IMG/VR virus record: IMGVR_UViG_3300005544_000001 | Location: 1 to 64,000 of that record | Source of the DNA: a virus | Lineage: Duplodnaviria; Caudoviricetes | DNA: 64,000 bases | Direction: 5' to 3' (one strand) | Shown here: piece by piece, positions 35,001 through 44,276 of the stretch | How positions within the stretch are numbered: the stretch's first letter is position 1 | How the letters are laid out: each line of letters starts with the position of its first letter | Made by a program: the position numbers and the translations under genes | Notes under the pieces: generated by a model | The model's input: the letters and a program-made list of their open reading frames with translations, nothing else | What the model was told of the DNA's origin: nothing | Databases searched by the model: none

Positions 35001-35752
35001 TTTACCGTGGGGCCAGCGCGGACGAACGACTGCCAATGTCCAACACCATTGGCGCAGTTCTGACATCTGACGGCACGGACCCTTATTGGTCAACCGGACC
35101 GGACCTATTCCGATTCTCTGACGAGTTCATGTATTCCACGACTTCTGATGTGGGAATCTGGCTGAAATTGGGGACTGTGTCCGTGCTTGCGGAATACGGA
35201 AACACGAACCATTGGGGCGTAATACGGACTCGCTCCAGTTCTGGCACTAGAACTCAAGCCGGATACGAACAGGCGCAGAGAGCTATTGTTCTGGGAAATG
35301 CACAACCATTCATGTGTGAATGGATTGTGAAAGTCACGGCTCTGTCTGCGGCGGGACGGGACTATAGCTGGCTCGCAGGGCTTGGCGACACATCTGGAAG
35401 CGTTACGACGAATCAAACCGACGGCGTTTACTTTTCTCAAAACCAGAATTTTAATAGCGGAAACTGGCAATGCATTTGCGTGTATGGTGGAGTTTCGACG
35501 ACGAACAACAGCTCTGTAATACCTGTGGCCGATACATGGACTCGGCTGAGGATAACATTGGACAGCGCCACAAATGTTGTCTTCTCTGTGGATGGCGTGT
35601 CTGTGGCAACAAACGCAAACAGCAACGTCCCGGTCGGTGCGGGCCACGGAGTCGGCGCGATGCACTTCGTTCAGCCTCACGATTCTCAAGCTGTGAACAT
35701 CGACTTGTTCACGGATTACTTCCAAGCGGTTGCGAAACTCAAATACCGATGA
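32039..35752 (+). CDS. Large tail spike/fibre-like protein with a pectin-lyase-like beta-helix and N-terminal signal peptide
   Basis: MKFLTSLLLLVATTCFA-A; YVELTGND...PWKSVRAA..AA..GD.I.VG.G.F beta-helix cap; lectin-like C-terminal domain. Confidence 0.7.
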   Translation: MKFLTSLLLLVATTCFAAVPDYKAFRGTGGILVVSNPPTGTITIDGGSVVASGTNSTIRISTNAVLLTTSTQVNFGFGLTGVVVGATAHVGTDPNLIGIYTTNECFVSTNLNTNILIAVNFGTAGANGIYNWNGTSRFTNGVNVLYLDTGYGGWIISNSVSGVLYDSFLNPSLGGIQTWDDVVNGAGPLGTTYYGPITNCFTREGTVYAMNFAAVTTNLYVELTGNDTNAVRGRLDRPWKSVRAATIAARRGDRIIVGMGIFPETDGQTLILTNRCFLIGSGAGSTIIGTMGSGEDSLFLCSDTVISGFTFNGKVVVGDGQAFTSGASLGEATNVFLKGITANGFADGLGLDTWRDVRVEDCLFTDIFDGVANWDNRGLPQTATFRNVHVVSKFETGGFNPVHGVSWLAGTLIWDGGSITVSNGVTHNTGIYVPISTNATPKVFLNGVRILHSTTNIATSCAVWNSNYANVLITGAYVNEVQPQLVNSMITNQPSDHVVNVTNANAIANGGRTNFLIDTTVFGAGFLAGKYSVTIYDSGHTAQTTNVWIFTQGNQKIDGVLTRTNIILNGGSMTLAVGGAGGTNWVITVLPPLPLPQFANFNGGFALVSDEQTIVETGVTTTELEFLSGVTSPIQAQLSNDVRVAAGANVTVTKSGAGGIMTYTVAATGGAGSTAFSNLVDVSLGSLGGPLLDGDTLFYNLAGGFWYNQNPFFQITYTITVLTNITINVGTNMEQSVAVQTSNSFGVVYSGTPMPGERYHIAVFNTNRVVDINMTNNSYNPLVASNVTIYTIKSNSIASFTFINRTNWNAAGTNRWELDREIAQEMELVPGSNITFTTNAFSSTVTVSSSAGGGNVSSNSSGGITAIGVSTNLSPMYITMNGGSVNYISYTPSTLSFGSTDVGVQDIFWTTANAQYQLAYGVDYNGLIPLGGANALGSATHPWDTFFVTGAGNTPAAGKVWTAIGTSGAGGWSNAPASSPTTTRGDMIYRGASADERLPMSNTIGAVLTSDGTDPYWSTGPDLFRFSDEFMYSTTSDVGIWLKLGTVSVLAEYGNTNHWGVIRTRSSSGTRTQAGYEQAQRAIVLGNAQPFMCEWIVKVTALSAAGRDYSWLAGLGDTSGSVTTNQTDGVYFSQNQNFNSGNWQCICVYGGVSTTNNSSVIPVADTWTRLRITLDSATNVVFSVDGVSVATNANSNVPVGAGHGVGAMHFVQPHDSQAVNIDLFTDYFQAVAKLKYR

Positions 35753-36990
35753 GGGTCATTCTCTCAATTCTGTTGAGCTGTCTCTCCGCTTCTGGCGCAA
35801 GTTACTTCATTGACTTCACGGGAGGCAATGACGGCTCGGCAGGAACATCGTCCGGGACGGCTTGGAAGACATTTGCGCCAGCTACGAATGTGGGGAATGG
35901 CATCGTATCGGGAGACACAGTGTTCCTTAAGCGAGGCGAAGTATGGACGGACACATTCTCATTCCCTACGAATGGAGTGACGCTGGATGCCTACGGTTCA
36001 GGGGCGCTGCCCGTTATTAAAGGCGGAGGAACATTACGACGAGTCGTAAACGTGGGAGTGATGAGCAACACCATCACTCGAAACATCCAGATTCAGGACG
36101 GAGGCGGCGGAACGGGTGCAAATTGGCTGGCGAACAATGGAACTAATTGGTTGCTTGATTGCGTAATCTCAAATCACACGGCTGATGCGTGCGCCTCTGG
36201 CAATGGAGACTCGCATAGCGTTGTAAGTAATTGCTTCATCGCAAAAGCATTTGATGACGGCCTTACGCTTCACACCACGTCCAGCGCGGAGATGTATAGC
36301 TGCATTGTCTCAAACTGCACCCAGGGATTGAACAATTCGGGCACGGACATGAGCCTTATCGTTACTGACTGCCTGTTTAAAGACAACGCGAATGACGTAG
36401 GTGGTTTGAGCATTTGTCCGGCGACATTCAGCAGGTGTCGATTCGCGGGGAAAACCGGAGGAAGCTTCGTATTCATCAAGGACGATTCTGGCAGCACGAT
36501 CAATTTCAACTATTGCACCTTCGACGGATCGCAGGGAACCGGAGCGGCGGATGCGGAATTCACGCCGCAAGGAGTAGGCGAGATTCATCTGAACAACTGC
36601 GTGCTGTATGGCGGCGGTGTGGCGGGCAAGATGTCGCTGGATACAACTTCGGTGGTGAAGATGACCAACTGTATCTTGTCCGGCTGGGCACGGGCGGCGG
36701 CGTTCTCGGTTGGCTCAGTGATGACGCACGACCATTGCATCTTCTATAATGTGGCAATCACGAACTGGACTAGCTGCACATCGTTCATCGGGACGGCTGA
36801 CCCGCTATTCATATCCAGTTCCAATTTTCGTCTGCAAGCAGGCTCTCCAGCCATCAACGCTGGAACGTATATCGGGCTTGCAACCGATTTAGACGGCAAC
36901 CCTGTCTCAAACCCGCCTGAAGTTGGCGCTTACGAGTTCGGCGTTGTGTATCCGCGCACAGCCGGACTGAGAGGGTTGCGTGGCTTTTAA
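35749..36990 (+). CDS. Secreted right-handed beta-helix protein
   Basis: MRVILSILLSCLSASGA-S, YFID..GGNDG..GTS..TAWKT, GDTVFLKRG, C-terminal DPLF...FRLQAGSPAINAG...DLDGNP...GAYE. Confidence 0.8.
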   Translation: MRVILSILLSCLSASGASYFIDFTGGNDGSAGTSSGTAWKTFAPATNVGNGIVSGDTVFLKRGEVWTDTFSFPTNGVTLDAYGSGALPVIKGGGTLRRVVNVGVMSNTITRNIQIQDGGGGTGANWLANNGTNWLLDCVISNHTADACASGNGDSHSVVSNCFIAKAFDDGLTLHTTSSAEMYSCIVSNCTQGLNNSGTDMSLIVTDCLFKDNANDVGGLSICPATFSRCRFAGKTGGSFVFIKDDSGSTINFNYCTFDGSQGTGAADAEFTPQGVGEIHLNNCVLYGGGVAGKMSLDTTSVVKMTNCILSGWARAAAFSVGSVMTHDHCIFYNVAITNWTSCTSFIGTADPLFISSSNFRLQAGSPAINAGTYIGLATDLDGNPVSNPPEVGAYEFGVVYPRTAGLRGLRGF

Positions 36991-39988
36991 GCTGCTCATA
37001 CTTCTGTTCATAGCGTCGCAGTCCATTGCGGGTCAATGGGTCATGAACACGAATTTGCACCTGACTGGACAGGCCAGTGCGGGAAGTGGGTTGACGTATT
37101 TCTGGAGTTACTATGACGGCGCAGATTCTCCCGATGGCTCATATCTGGGCTGGATGAGCTATGACAATTCGCCCACTACCTTTATTCCAGCCGATGTGCC
37201 GCTGGGGAGAACAAATCCGGCCGGAACATATTACGTGATACTCAAGACGTATCAGTACTACGGCCCAACGAACTGCCTTGTTACGCTTGGAGACGGCTCG
37301 GCTGTGTCGCAAAACGCGATCAACGCAGACGACAACGGAAGGTGGGGTTTCCCTGTGGCTGTGACCAGCACGGTCTCGTTTACCAATATCCTGTTGCAGT
37401 TCCGCAAGGTAGATTCAGATCCGACGGTGACGGAAAAGGTGATGCTCCAAGGACTTTACATCACGACGAATCAAAACGAAGCAATGGCATTTGCCGGGCA
37501 GACGCAGGATCGTGTCATCAATTTCGCCCATGCAGTCACAACTAATGACAGCGCAGGCATCATCGGGAACTGGCTGGAAGACAGCTCGTTTGAGCTGTGG
37601 CCTTCTCATGGATGGGCGTTCGAGGCTTACTTCGGCAGTGTGGCAGGAACAAACAATGGCGCATACTCTCAGGATTATGCGCAAGCGGATATGCTGAGCA
37701 CGAACGCGATGCACGGCGGCCGCAGCTTGCACGTGACGGAGGGGGGTTACGTGTTTTCTCGGATCATGCGGCTGCGCGGGGATCGTTCCTATACGCTCTC
37801 GTCATGGCTTCAGCGCACCAACTCGACCACTCAAGTGACCTTCAGCCTGGCGCCCACCACCGCGGTGCCCACGAATCTGGTCGCGGCAACGAATCTTCAG
37901 TTCGTCGTACCAGCTTCTGACACGAACCGGCTGTGGGTCAGGTATTCAACGAACATGGTTCTATGGAGGTATCCGTCTGAATACTTTCAGCTAACCATTT
38001 CGTGCGGAACGGGGGACCATTCGGAGTTGCCGACAGACGTTTTCATTGATGGCGTGCAGATTGAAGAGGGCGCGCTGACGACTTACTCGCCGCGCTACGC
38101 TGCCGAGTTTGCCCTGCATACCACGAATCTGGTGAACATTTTTTCCAACGGGCCACCGGTCATTCAGGTGTGCGGGTTCAACAATGCCGCCAGTAGTGCG
38201 GCTAGGTTGTTTGCTTTTGAGGTTTACGATCACGCCAATCGGATGCTGACGAACGGCCAGTTTTCGATTACCTGCGGGGCGTCCAATGTGGTGACCAACG
38301 TGCTGACGCTGGTGACGGTGACTAATCAGGGAAGTTTTCGGATGGTGGGATGGATGGATGGCGCGCCGGATTATCGGGACGAGCTTATCTTCGGCACCAT
38401 CAACGCGCCAGTGATGTCCACGAATTATCTTTTGGGAACACACAGTCACCATCTAGCATTCAATGCGCGGATGCTGTCGGCAATGGGGATAAAGTTCAAT
38501 CGCGGATTGTCTCCCGGTGGAACCTTTAGATGGACGACGGACGAGCCGACGCAGGGCAACTTCTTTTGGTCGGATGGCCGGATCGACTCGCAGGCAACCA
38601 ATGGCATCGATATACTAGCTTCGATGGGCACCAACGAGGAGTGGCCAGCTTGGGCAAACGATTCGACGAACGGATTCTTCATGCTGCCACATTACTCGAA
38701 TTGGGTGTATCAGGTGGTGAATCGGTATAAGACGAAGATCCATTATTGGGAGTTCTGGAATGAGCCCCAGTACACTTTCAGCACCAATTTCATGGCGCTG
38801 ATGCACACTAACTTCATCGCGGCAGTTCACAATGCAGATGCGAACGCGAAGATTGTCGGCATCGGAGGTAACTACGATACTCTCACGGCAACAAACACAT
38901 GGGCGCTTCTGAACAGTGCGTATCAGTCGCAGGTTGAGTTTATCTCTACGCACCTTTACCCAACAGATTTGGGGCCGATGGTGGTTGATTATGACGAAGG
39001 GCCAAAAACATGGTCTAGGGCACCGCTTGGGGGCAAGGAGATATGGAACACGGAAACTGGCAACAAGGATTTATTTTACGGTTTTACTGAGGTTTACGGC
39101 TTCGATCCGACTGGTGACTATTACGATCCGTTCGAGAGGGCGTCGCGGCACGACCTTCCGAAGTATCGCGGGGTCGAGATGGTTTCCATTAACTTCCTTC
39201 GGGATGTTGGGGTTGGGTTCGGCAAGTATTTTTACTACGACTTCAGGGTTCGGAACAACCCGGCTTACCAGAACACTGAGTATAGCGCACTGGAGTTTAA
39301 CAACGCCATCCGCCCCAAGCTGATTGCGATCGCGATTCAAAACCAATTCCTTGGGTATGCGCGAGGGCGCGGCGGCGTGACGAACTCGGCTAACAGCAAC
39401 ATTGAGGCTTACACCGCAACCAACCTGACGAGCGGCGATGTGTATGGCTTTCTGTGGAGTAGCGACAGGACGAATCGTTATCTGACTGTGACCAACACGA
39501 GCTTCACGCAATACGACGTGATGTGCAATCCGGTCACGTTCACCAACTCTCGCGTTTACTGCGGGCGGATGCCGACATTCCTGAAGGCGTCGGGGATGAG
39601 CATTCAAACCCTGTCGAACACGCTCCGATTCGCTACCGTCACAAATATCTCGGACTCGCAGCCGCCAATGGCTTCCGTGGACATGTCGCCGAACGGCTTG
39701 GTTACTGCGACCAATTTCCCACTACGCTTCAAATTTGGTGCGTTGGATGAAACTACAATTTACACCAATGCCTATGCCTACAGGCTGTATCCATCTACGT
39801 CATGGTCAGGCTGGAGTGGATCTAATTATGTAGAGTACTCGTCGGTGGAATCTGGCACGCATCGTCTTGAGGTCAAAGCGATCGACGGATCTGGGAATGA
39901 GAGCGACACTGTGAATGGGCCGGCATTCACGTTGGGGGCTGAATTCACCACCTCCCGCATTCGCGGAATAAGTTTGCGAGCCAGATAA
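36980..39988 (+). CDS. Secreted glycoside hydrolase (clan GH-A, GH39-like) with accessory domains
   Basis: Signal peptide MAFKLLILLFIASQSIA-G; acid/base IHYWEFWNEP; nucleophile EIWNTETG. Confidence 0.8.
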   Translation: MAFKLLILLFIASQSIAGQWVMNTNLHLTGQASAGSGLTYFWSYYDGADSPDGSYLGWMSYDNSPTTFIPADVPLGRTNPAGTYYVILKTYQYYGPTNCLVTLGDGSAVSQNAINADDNGRWGFPVAVTSTVSFTNILLQFRKVDSDPTVTEKVMLQGLYITTNQNEAMAFAGQTQDRVINFAHAVTTNDSAGIIGNWLEDSSFELWPSHGWAFEAYFGSVAGTNNGAYSQDYAQADMLSTNAMHGGRSLHVTEGGYVFSRIMRLRGDRSYTLSSWLQRTNSTTQVTFSLAPTTAVPTNLVAATNLQFVVPASDTNRLWVRYSTNMVLWRYPSEYFQLTISCGTGDHSELPTDVFIDGVQIEEGALTTYSPRYAAEFALHTTNLVNIFSNGPPVIQVCGFNNAASSAARLFAFEVYDHANRMLTNGQFSITCGASNVVTNVLTLVTVTNQGSFRMVGWMDGAPDYRDELIFGTINAPVMSTNYLLGTHSHHLAFNARMLSAMGIKFNRGLSPGGTFRWTTDEPTQGNFFWSDGRIDSQATNGIDILASMGTNEEWPAWANDSTNGFFMLPHYSNWVYQVVNRYKTKIHYWEFWNEPQYTFSTNFMALMHTNFIAAVHNADANAKIVGIGGNYDTLTATNTWALLNSAYQSQVEFISTHLYPTDLGPMVVDYDEGPKTWSRAPLGGKEIWNTETGNKDLFYGFTEVYGFDPTGDYYDPFERASRHDLPKYRGVEMVSINFLRDVGVGFGKYFYYDFRVRNNPAYQNTEYSALEFNNAIRPKLIAIAIQNQFLGYARGRGGVTNSANSNIEAYTATNLTSGDVYGFLWSSDRTNRYLTVTNTSFTQYDVMCNPVTFTNSRVYCGRMPTFLKASGMSIQTLSNTLRFATVTNISDSQPPMASVDMSPNGLVTATNFPLRFKFGALDETTIYTNAYAYRLYPSTSWSGWSGSNYVEYSSVESGTHRLEVKAIDGSGNESDTVNGPAFTLGAEFTTSRIRGISLRAR

Positions 39989-40106
39989 TTTATGAACCTC
40001 GGAGTTGAACAGTCGAAGCGCGACAAAGTTAACCACAACCGATGGCGTGCCGAGTTGCGGGAATCTTTGGCTGTTCAACCCGCTGATCGCACGTTAACTT
40101 GAAACC

Positions 40107-40571
40107 ATGAAAAAGATCGCAATCGCAATCGCGCTGGCTGCTGCGCTGGCAAGCTGCCAGGCCCAGCGGGTGGCGCTGAGATTCGAGACGTTCGTAATCG
40201 GCAACGAAACCAACGAGTACGCTCTCGTCTCTTCGGAGCAGCTTTCCAACCATCAATGTTCGATTTACATTCACTCGAGCGAATACCCGACATACATCGC
40301 CGCCGGGTTCGCGTGCTACAACCAGCTTCAGTGGGTGGGATATGGCACCGCAGAAACGGATAACGAGTGGATGTTCGGATGGTCGATCAATACGCCATGC
40401 TCGGGCGCGGGCGCCCTGCTGGCAACCCCACAGCTCATGGAGGAGAAAGACATCCCTGGTTCCATCGCCCGATACCGAATGACAATTGACGGAATCGAAC
40501 ACAGGATAGTTCCGTTCAAAGATCAAACTGGCTGGAAATCGTTCAGGTTCTTGTGTGTCCCAACCCGCTAA
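40107..40571 (+). CDS. Exported or lipoprotein-like protein
   Basis: MKKIAIAIALAAALASC (lipobox-like). Confidence 0.6.
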   Translation: MKKIAIAIALAAALASCQAQRVALRFETFVIGNETNEYALVSSEQLSNHQCSIYIHSSEYPTYIAAGFACYNQLQWVGYGTAETDNEWMFGWSINTPCSGAGALLATPQLMEEKDIPGSIARYRMTIDGIEHRIVPFKDQTGWKSFRFLCVPTR

Positions 40572-40587
40572 ATCAACCATCAAATGA

Positions 40588-40818
40588 ATGACCTTCAAGC
40601 AATGGGAAGAATGGCAGCGGTGGAGAGGGTCCACTGAAGAACGCATGAAAAGCGCTGAAGAAAAACTTTGTGAGCAGGATGAGAAGCTGGCCGAACTTCA
40701 AAATGCCGTCTCAGCGGTTCTCCAGAAGATTGCTGTCCCGCTGTTTTTCGTGTCCATTGGCGGCGTAGTGCTCGGCGGAATCGTGGTGGCTCTGGTTGGT
40801 AAACTGTTGACCAAATGA
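40588..40818 (+). CDS. Holin-like / XhlA-like membrane protein
   Basis: Coiled-coil N-terminus and a single C-terminal transmembrane segment. Confidence 0.55.
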   Translation: MTFKQWEEWQRWRGSTEERMKSAEEKLCEQDEKLAELQNAVSAVLQKIAVPLFFVSIGGVVLGGIVVALVGKLLTK

Positions 40819-40821
40819 TTT

Positions 40822-41067
40822 ATGAAAAGCTGGAAAACAACAACGGGCGGTGTGCTCCTCGCCATAGGCGGCTGGGCAACGACTCAGTCAACTCCATGGT
40901 GGCTTTACAAGGCGGGTGGCGTTCTTAGCGCAGTCGGCGCGTTGCTCCTTGGCGGCGCCGCCCGCGACAACAACGTGCCGTCATCCGCCGTGCCGAAAGC
41001 TGCCGAGAAAGATGCACAGATAAAGGCTGACACTCAATTCATCAACAAACCAACACCACCAACATGA
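40822..41067 (+). CDS. Holin, putative
   Basis: MKSWKTTTGGVLLAIGG, two transmembrane segments, charged tail. Confidence 0.65.
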   Translation: MKSWKTTTGGVLLAIGGWATTQSTPWWLYKAGGVLSAVGALLLGGAARDNNVPSSAVPKAAEKDAQIKADTQFINKPTPPT

Positions 41068-41237
41068 AAAAACTCGTATATCCCGCAATCCTGGCACTGG
41101 GCCTCATCGGCTCCGGCTGTGCAGTCATGAAGGGCGTCGTCAAAGACGTGGCGGCCGTCATCGAGAAAGCCGTTGACGTGCCGATCGGCGTTTACACCAA
41201 CAGCGTCGACTCCGCAAAGAGCCTCATCGGCAAGTAA
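41064..41237 (+). CDS. Small lipoprotein (57 aa), absent from the ORF track
   Basis: MKKLVYPAILALGLIGSG-CAVMKGVVKDVAAVIEKAVDVPIGVYTNSVDSAKSLIGK. Coupled at both ends. Confidence 0.65.
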   Translation: MKKLVYPAILALGLIGSGCAVMKGVVKDVAAVIEKAVDVPIGVYTNSVDSAKSLIGK

Positions 41238-41458
41238 TGTGGGCGACCGCTGTCAAACTGGCGCTGTCGGTTCTGGGCTTCTTCTTCGAACGTTTCAAGA
41301 AGAGGGCTGAGGACACGCCGGAAAATAAGCGCGATGAAATCGATCAAGCCATCAACGATGGTGACGAGGGCCAGGTTAACAAGCTTCTTGATGACGCTGT
41401 GTCTGGCGACGGGGTGCGGCCTGCTGACAAAAACCCGCGTCCGAGTGATCCCTGCTGA
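41237..41458 (+). CDS. Inner-membrane spanin-like (Rz-like) protein
   Basis: N-terminal hydrophobic anchor followed by a charged segment. Overlaps the next lipoprotein gene. Confidence 0.5.
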   Translation: MWATAVKLALSVLGFFFERFKKRAEDTPENKRDEIDQAINDGDEGQVNKLLDDAVSGDGVRPADKNPRPSDPC

Positions 41459-41585
41459 CAAGGCCGTCGTCAGGATGCCCATGGGCGTGCCGTTCACCCC
41501 CACGAACGGCAGCGGTTATTTCGTCCCCGACGCTCGAATGCAGGACATCCTGAAGCGCGGTTTGATTGGCACCAATGGCAACTGA
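41358..41585 (+). CDS. Outer-membrane spanin-like lipoprotein (Rz1-like), start uncertain
   Basis: FLMTLCLATG-C lipobox in an overlapping frame, Pro-rich mature part. Confidence 0.55.
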   Translation: MVTRARLTSFLMTLCLATGCGLLTKTRVRVIPADKAVVRMPMGVPFTPTNGSGYFVPDARMQDILKRGLIGTNGN

Positions 41586-41799
41586 ATCCGAAAGAGCTGA
41601 ACTCGCCCGACTGGCTGGAAGCTCCTCGCCGCTGGTGCAGGTGGTTCAATTCCCGAAGCTGGCTGATGCCCTCGGACCGTTCCTGCCGCGGGCGGCCATA
41701 GCCTTGCGCGATTGGGACGAGAAAGTTGAAGTGTGGCGCAAGAGCGTGCTGGCACAGCGCGAAACCGGTGGGTCACTGCCGACGCCACCGACACCTTAA
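41566..41799 (+). CDS. Hypothetical protein
   Basis: 77 aa ORF between the lysis and ejection genes. Confidence 0.5.
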   Translation: MAPMATESERAELARLAGSSSPLVQVVQFPKLADALGPFLPRAAIALRDWDEKVEVWRKSVLAQRETGGSLPTPPTP

Positions 41800-41840
41800 T
41801 CATTGCACCTGCATAGATTCGGCGTAAAGGTTCTACCGAA

Positions 41841-43244
41841 ATGGCCGACTCCATACTTGACCTGACACGACAACCTTGGATCCCAGCCAATGATCGTGGA
41901 CTTGGCAGCACGGGCGGCTCGGTTCCCTGGTGGCTAACGCCTGTGCGCGGGCTCGGAAATTCTTCTCCGCTTCTGACTCCGTTCGCCATTCCGAGCGCGC
42001 CAAATCCAAATTCACTTTCTCCGCTTTCGCCAAGCGCAGGCACGACGGCCACCGGCTCATCGGTTGGTCCGTTCACGGCTGAAACGCTGGTCAAAAATCC
42101 GGAGCTGGCGAACATCTTAAAGAAGCTCTACGGCGACATCGGCAACATTTCGACCGACCCGAACGTCAATCAGACGGTGCTCCAGAAGAACGTGAAGGAC
42201 CCCGGGGTTGAGGCGGCCGGTCAGGCGGCACTCACCCAACAGCAGGCTGACGCTCACAACAATGCCCAATCGATCGCTGACTTTGCCAAGAGCTACATGG
42301 CTGCACAACCTGAAGCTCAGGCGCGCGCGGAACAGGAAGCGGCAAATATCGGCCGCGTACAGTCCGGCGCCCTCGCCGCGGACCTCGCCGCCAACCAACG
42401 GTCCAGCGACATCAACAGCACCCAGAATCTGATGCGCAGGCTGGGCGCTTTGGCTGGCACCCAGAATCTTGGCGATCTTTCCCGCGGCGGCGTGACGAAC
42501 TCGAACGCCAACGCGAACATCCTTCAGGCTGCCGCGCAGGCTTCACTGGCGCGTGATGCAGCATCACTGGCTGGCCATCGCCAGAACCTGATGGACGTGC
42601 AGAACCTTCAGATCGGAACGGCCGGTCTGCCACAGAGGATTCTGGACGCCGTGCTGCAGCGGCAACTGACCCCAATTCAGGCCGGCCAGGCATCGAGCGC
42701 GGCGGACCTCAACAGGCTGCAAGCCATCTCCGGACTGCTCGCCGGCAACAGCGTGTTCACGCCGCAATCGCGCAGCGGCATGATTCAGCAGATCCAGCAA
42801 CTTCTCGGTGCCCAGGCGAACATCGATCCGTCGGCGTATTACCGGTTCGTGCGGGGCGATTTCCCGAATCAATATCCGGGGGCCGTGCGGCAACAGGACC
42901 TCAGTCTGCCGCCAATCTCAGGCGGCGGATACAGCGGGATGAACTTCCAGGACATCCTGGCCGCGCTCCAGGCTGGCGGCGGAGGTGCCGGCGCCTATGG
43001 GGTTCCCGGCGCTCAGCCGTTTATCAACGCGCCCGGAGATCTCACCCCGGCCATCCGGGCTCGAGCAGCGGCGCCGGCGCCGGTCCCGCGGTTGACGCCC
43101 GCGCCCAATCCGATGCGCGACGCGCTTTTCAACGATTACACGTCGGGCACAGGCAGCAGCAATAACGCCTCGGCGATCATGAACTGGCTTTATCAGCTTT
43201 CGCCCGAGCAACTGGCGGGCGTGCCGGCGGGAGGGTTTGAGTAA
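41841..43244 (+). CDS. DNA ejection / internal virion protein, putative
   Basis: Ala/Gln/Gly-rich helical protein typical of podoviral ejectosome genes. Confidence 0.65.
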   Translation: MADSILDLTRQPWIPANDRGLGSTGGSVPWWLTPVRGLGNSSPLLTPFAIPSAPNPNSLSPLSPSAGTTATGSSVGPFTAETLVKNPELANILKKLYGDIGNISTDPNVNQTVLQKNVKDPGVEAAGQAALTQQQADAHNNAQSIADFAKSYMAAQPEAQARAEQEAANIGRVQSGALAADLAANQRSSDINSTQNLMRRLGALAGTQNLGDLSRGGVTNSNANANILQAAAQASLARDAASLAGHRQNLMDVQNLQIGTAGLPQRILDAVLQRQLTPIQAGQASSAADLNRLQAISGLLAGNSVFTPQSRSGMIQQIQQLLGAQANIDPSAYYRFVRGDFPNQYPGAVRQQDLSLPPISGGGYSGMNFQDILAALQAGGGGAGAYGVPGAQPFINAPGDLTPAIRARAAAPAPVPRLTPAPNPMRDALFNDYTSGTGSSNNASAIMNWLYQLSPEQLAGVPAGGFE

Positions 43245-44275
43245 TGGCCATCGTTTACGCCGATTCGCCCGGGGCCGCATTCTCGCAGGCTGCAAATCTC
43301 GACCAGCAGCGCGTTCAGAATTATCTGAACAGCATCGCGGCGAATCGAAACGCGCAGTTGCAGGGCTGGCAGGCGGCCGAGCGGCAGGCTGCGGTCGCCC
43401 AGGAATTGCAGCAGCGCGAGCAGCAGCAAATGATGCAGCTCGCCCAGCAGGCTGCCCAAGCTCAGGAAAGGCAGCGTCAATTTGCCGAAAACATGGGGTT
43501 ATCCCGGGCCAATCTCGCCGAGATTACCAGGCACAACATTGCGAGCGAAGGAAAGCCGAACGCCAGCGAAGAGGCGCTGCAATTCAAAAAGCAGAAGGAC
43601 GAACAAGCGCAGAACGAGCAGGCGGATTACGCGGCCAACGTGGCCGATTTGCTCAATCGCCATGCGGGACTACAGAAGTTGCTTGCACAGGTTCCGACGA
43701 CACCGGAAGCGCGCGGCGCGGCCGTTGGTGGGGCCACCGGTGAAGGGTTCATGCCGAAGACCGAAAACAACCTGTTGCGGGCAGCGGCTTATGTGGTGCC
43801 GTTCCTGCCCACGTTCAATCGCGCGCAGGACACCAAAGCCAGCAAGGAAGCTGAGGTCAAACAGAACATCGCGGCCACAGTTGCTGGATTGCCCGCGGAC
43901 TTCAGCGGTGCCGATTCCATCGAGGATTACGCGAAGATCGCGGCGGCGGCCATCAACGCGCGTATCGCTCAGTTGCCGGAGAAACCGAAGGGAGATCTCG
44001 CTGGCCTCATTGGTGTCAACGATCAAGGCGTGCATGTCCCGCTGATTCAACGCCCGACGCCTGCCCCGCTGGAACTCACGCCCGCAGAACGGCCGGCCAA
44101 TGAGTCCGTGAGCGCGCCGGCGGCGATTCCTGCCCCACCACCACCGATCGCGCAGCCATCGCTTCCTTACTTTCGCAATGACACAGAGATAAAGGCCGCC
44201 AGGATTCCGAGTGGAACGAGCATCATGCTTTGGGATCAATCGCAGAAGAGATACCGGCGCGCGGTGTGGGAGTAA
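43244..44275 (+). CDS. DNA ejection / internal virion protein, putative
   Basis: Gln-rich coiled-coil N-terminus. TAATG coupling to the upstream gene. Confidence 0.65.
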   Translation: MAIVYADSPGAAFSQAANLDQQRVQNYLNSIAANRNAQLQGWQAAERQAAVAQELQQREQQQMMQLAQQAAQAQERQRQFAENMGLSRANLAEITRHNIASEGKPNASEEALQFKKQKDEQAQNEQADYAANVADLLNRHAGLQKLLAQVPTTPEARGAAVGGATGEGFMPKTENNLLRAAAYVVPFLPTFNRAQDTKASKEAEVKQNIAATVAGLPADFSGADSIEDYAKIAAAAINARIAQLPEKPKGDLAGLIGVNDQGVHVPLIQRPTPAPLELTPAERPANESVSAPAAIPAPPPPIAQPSLPYFRNDTEIKAARIPSGTSIMLWDQSQKRYRRAVWE

Positions 44276-44276
44276 C

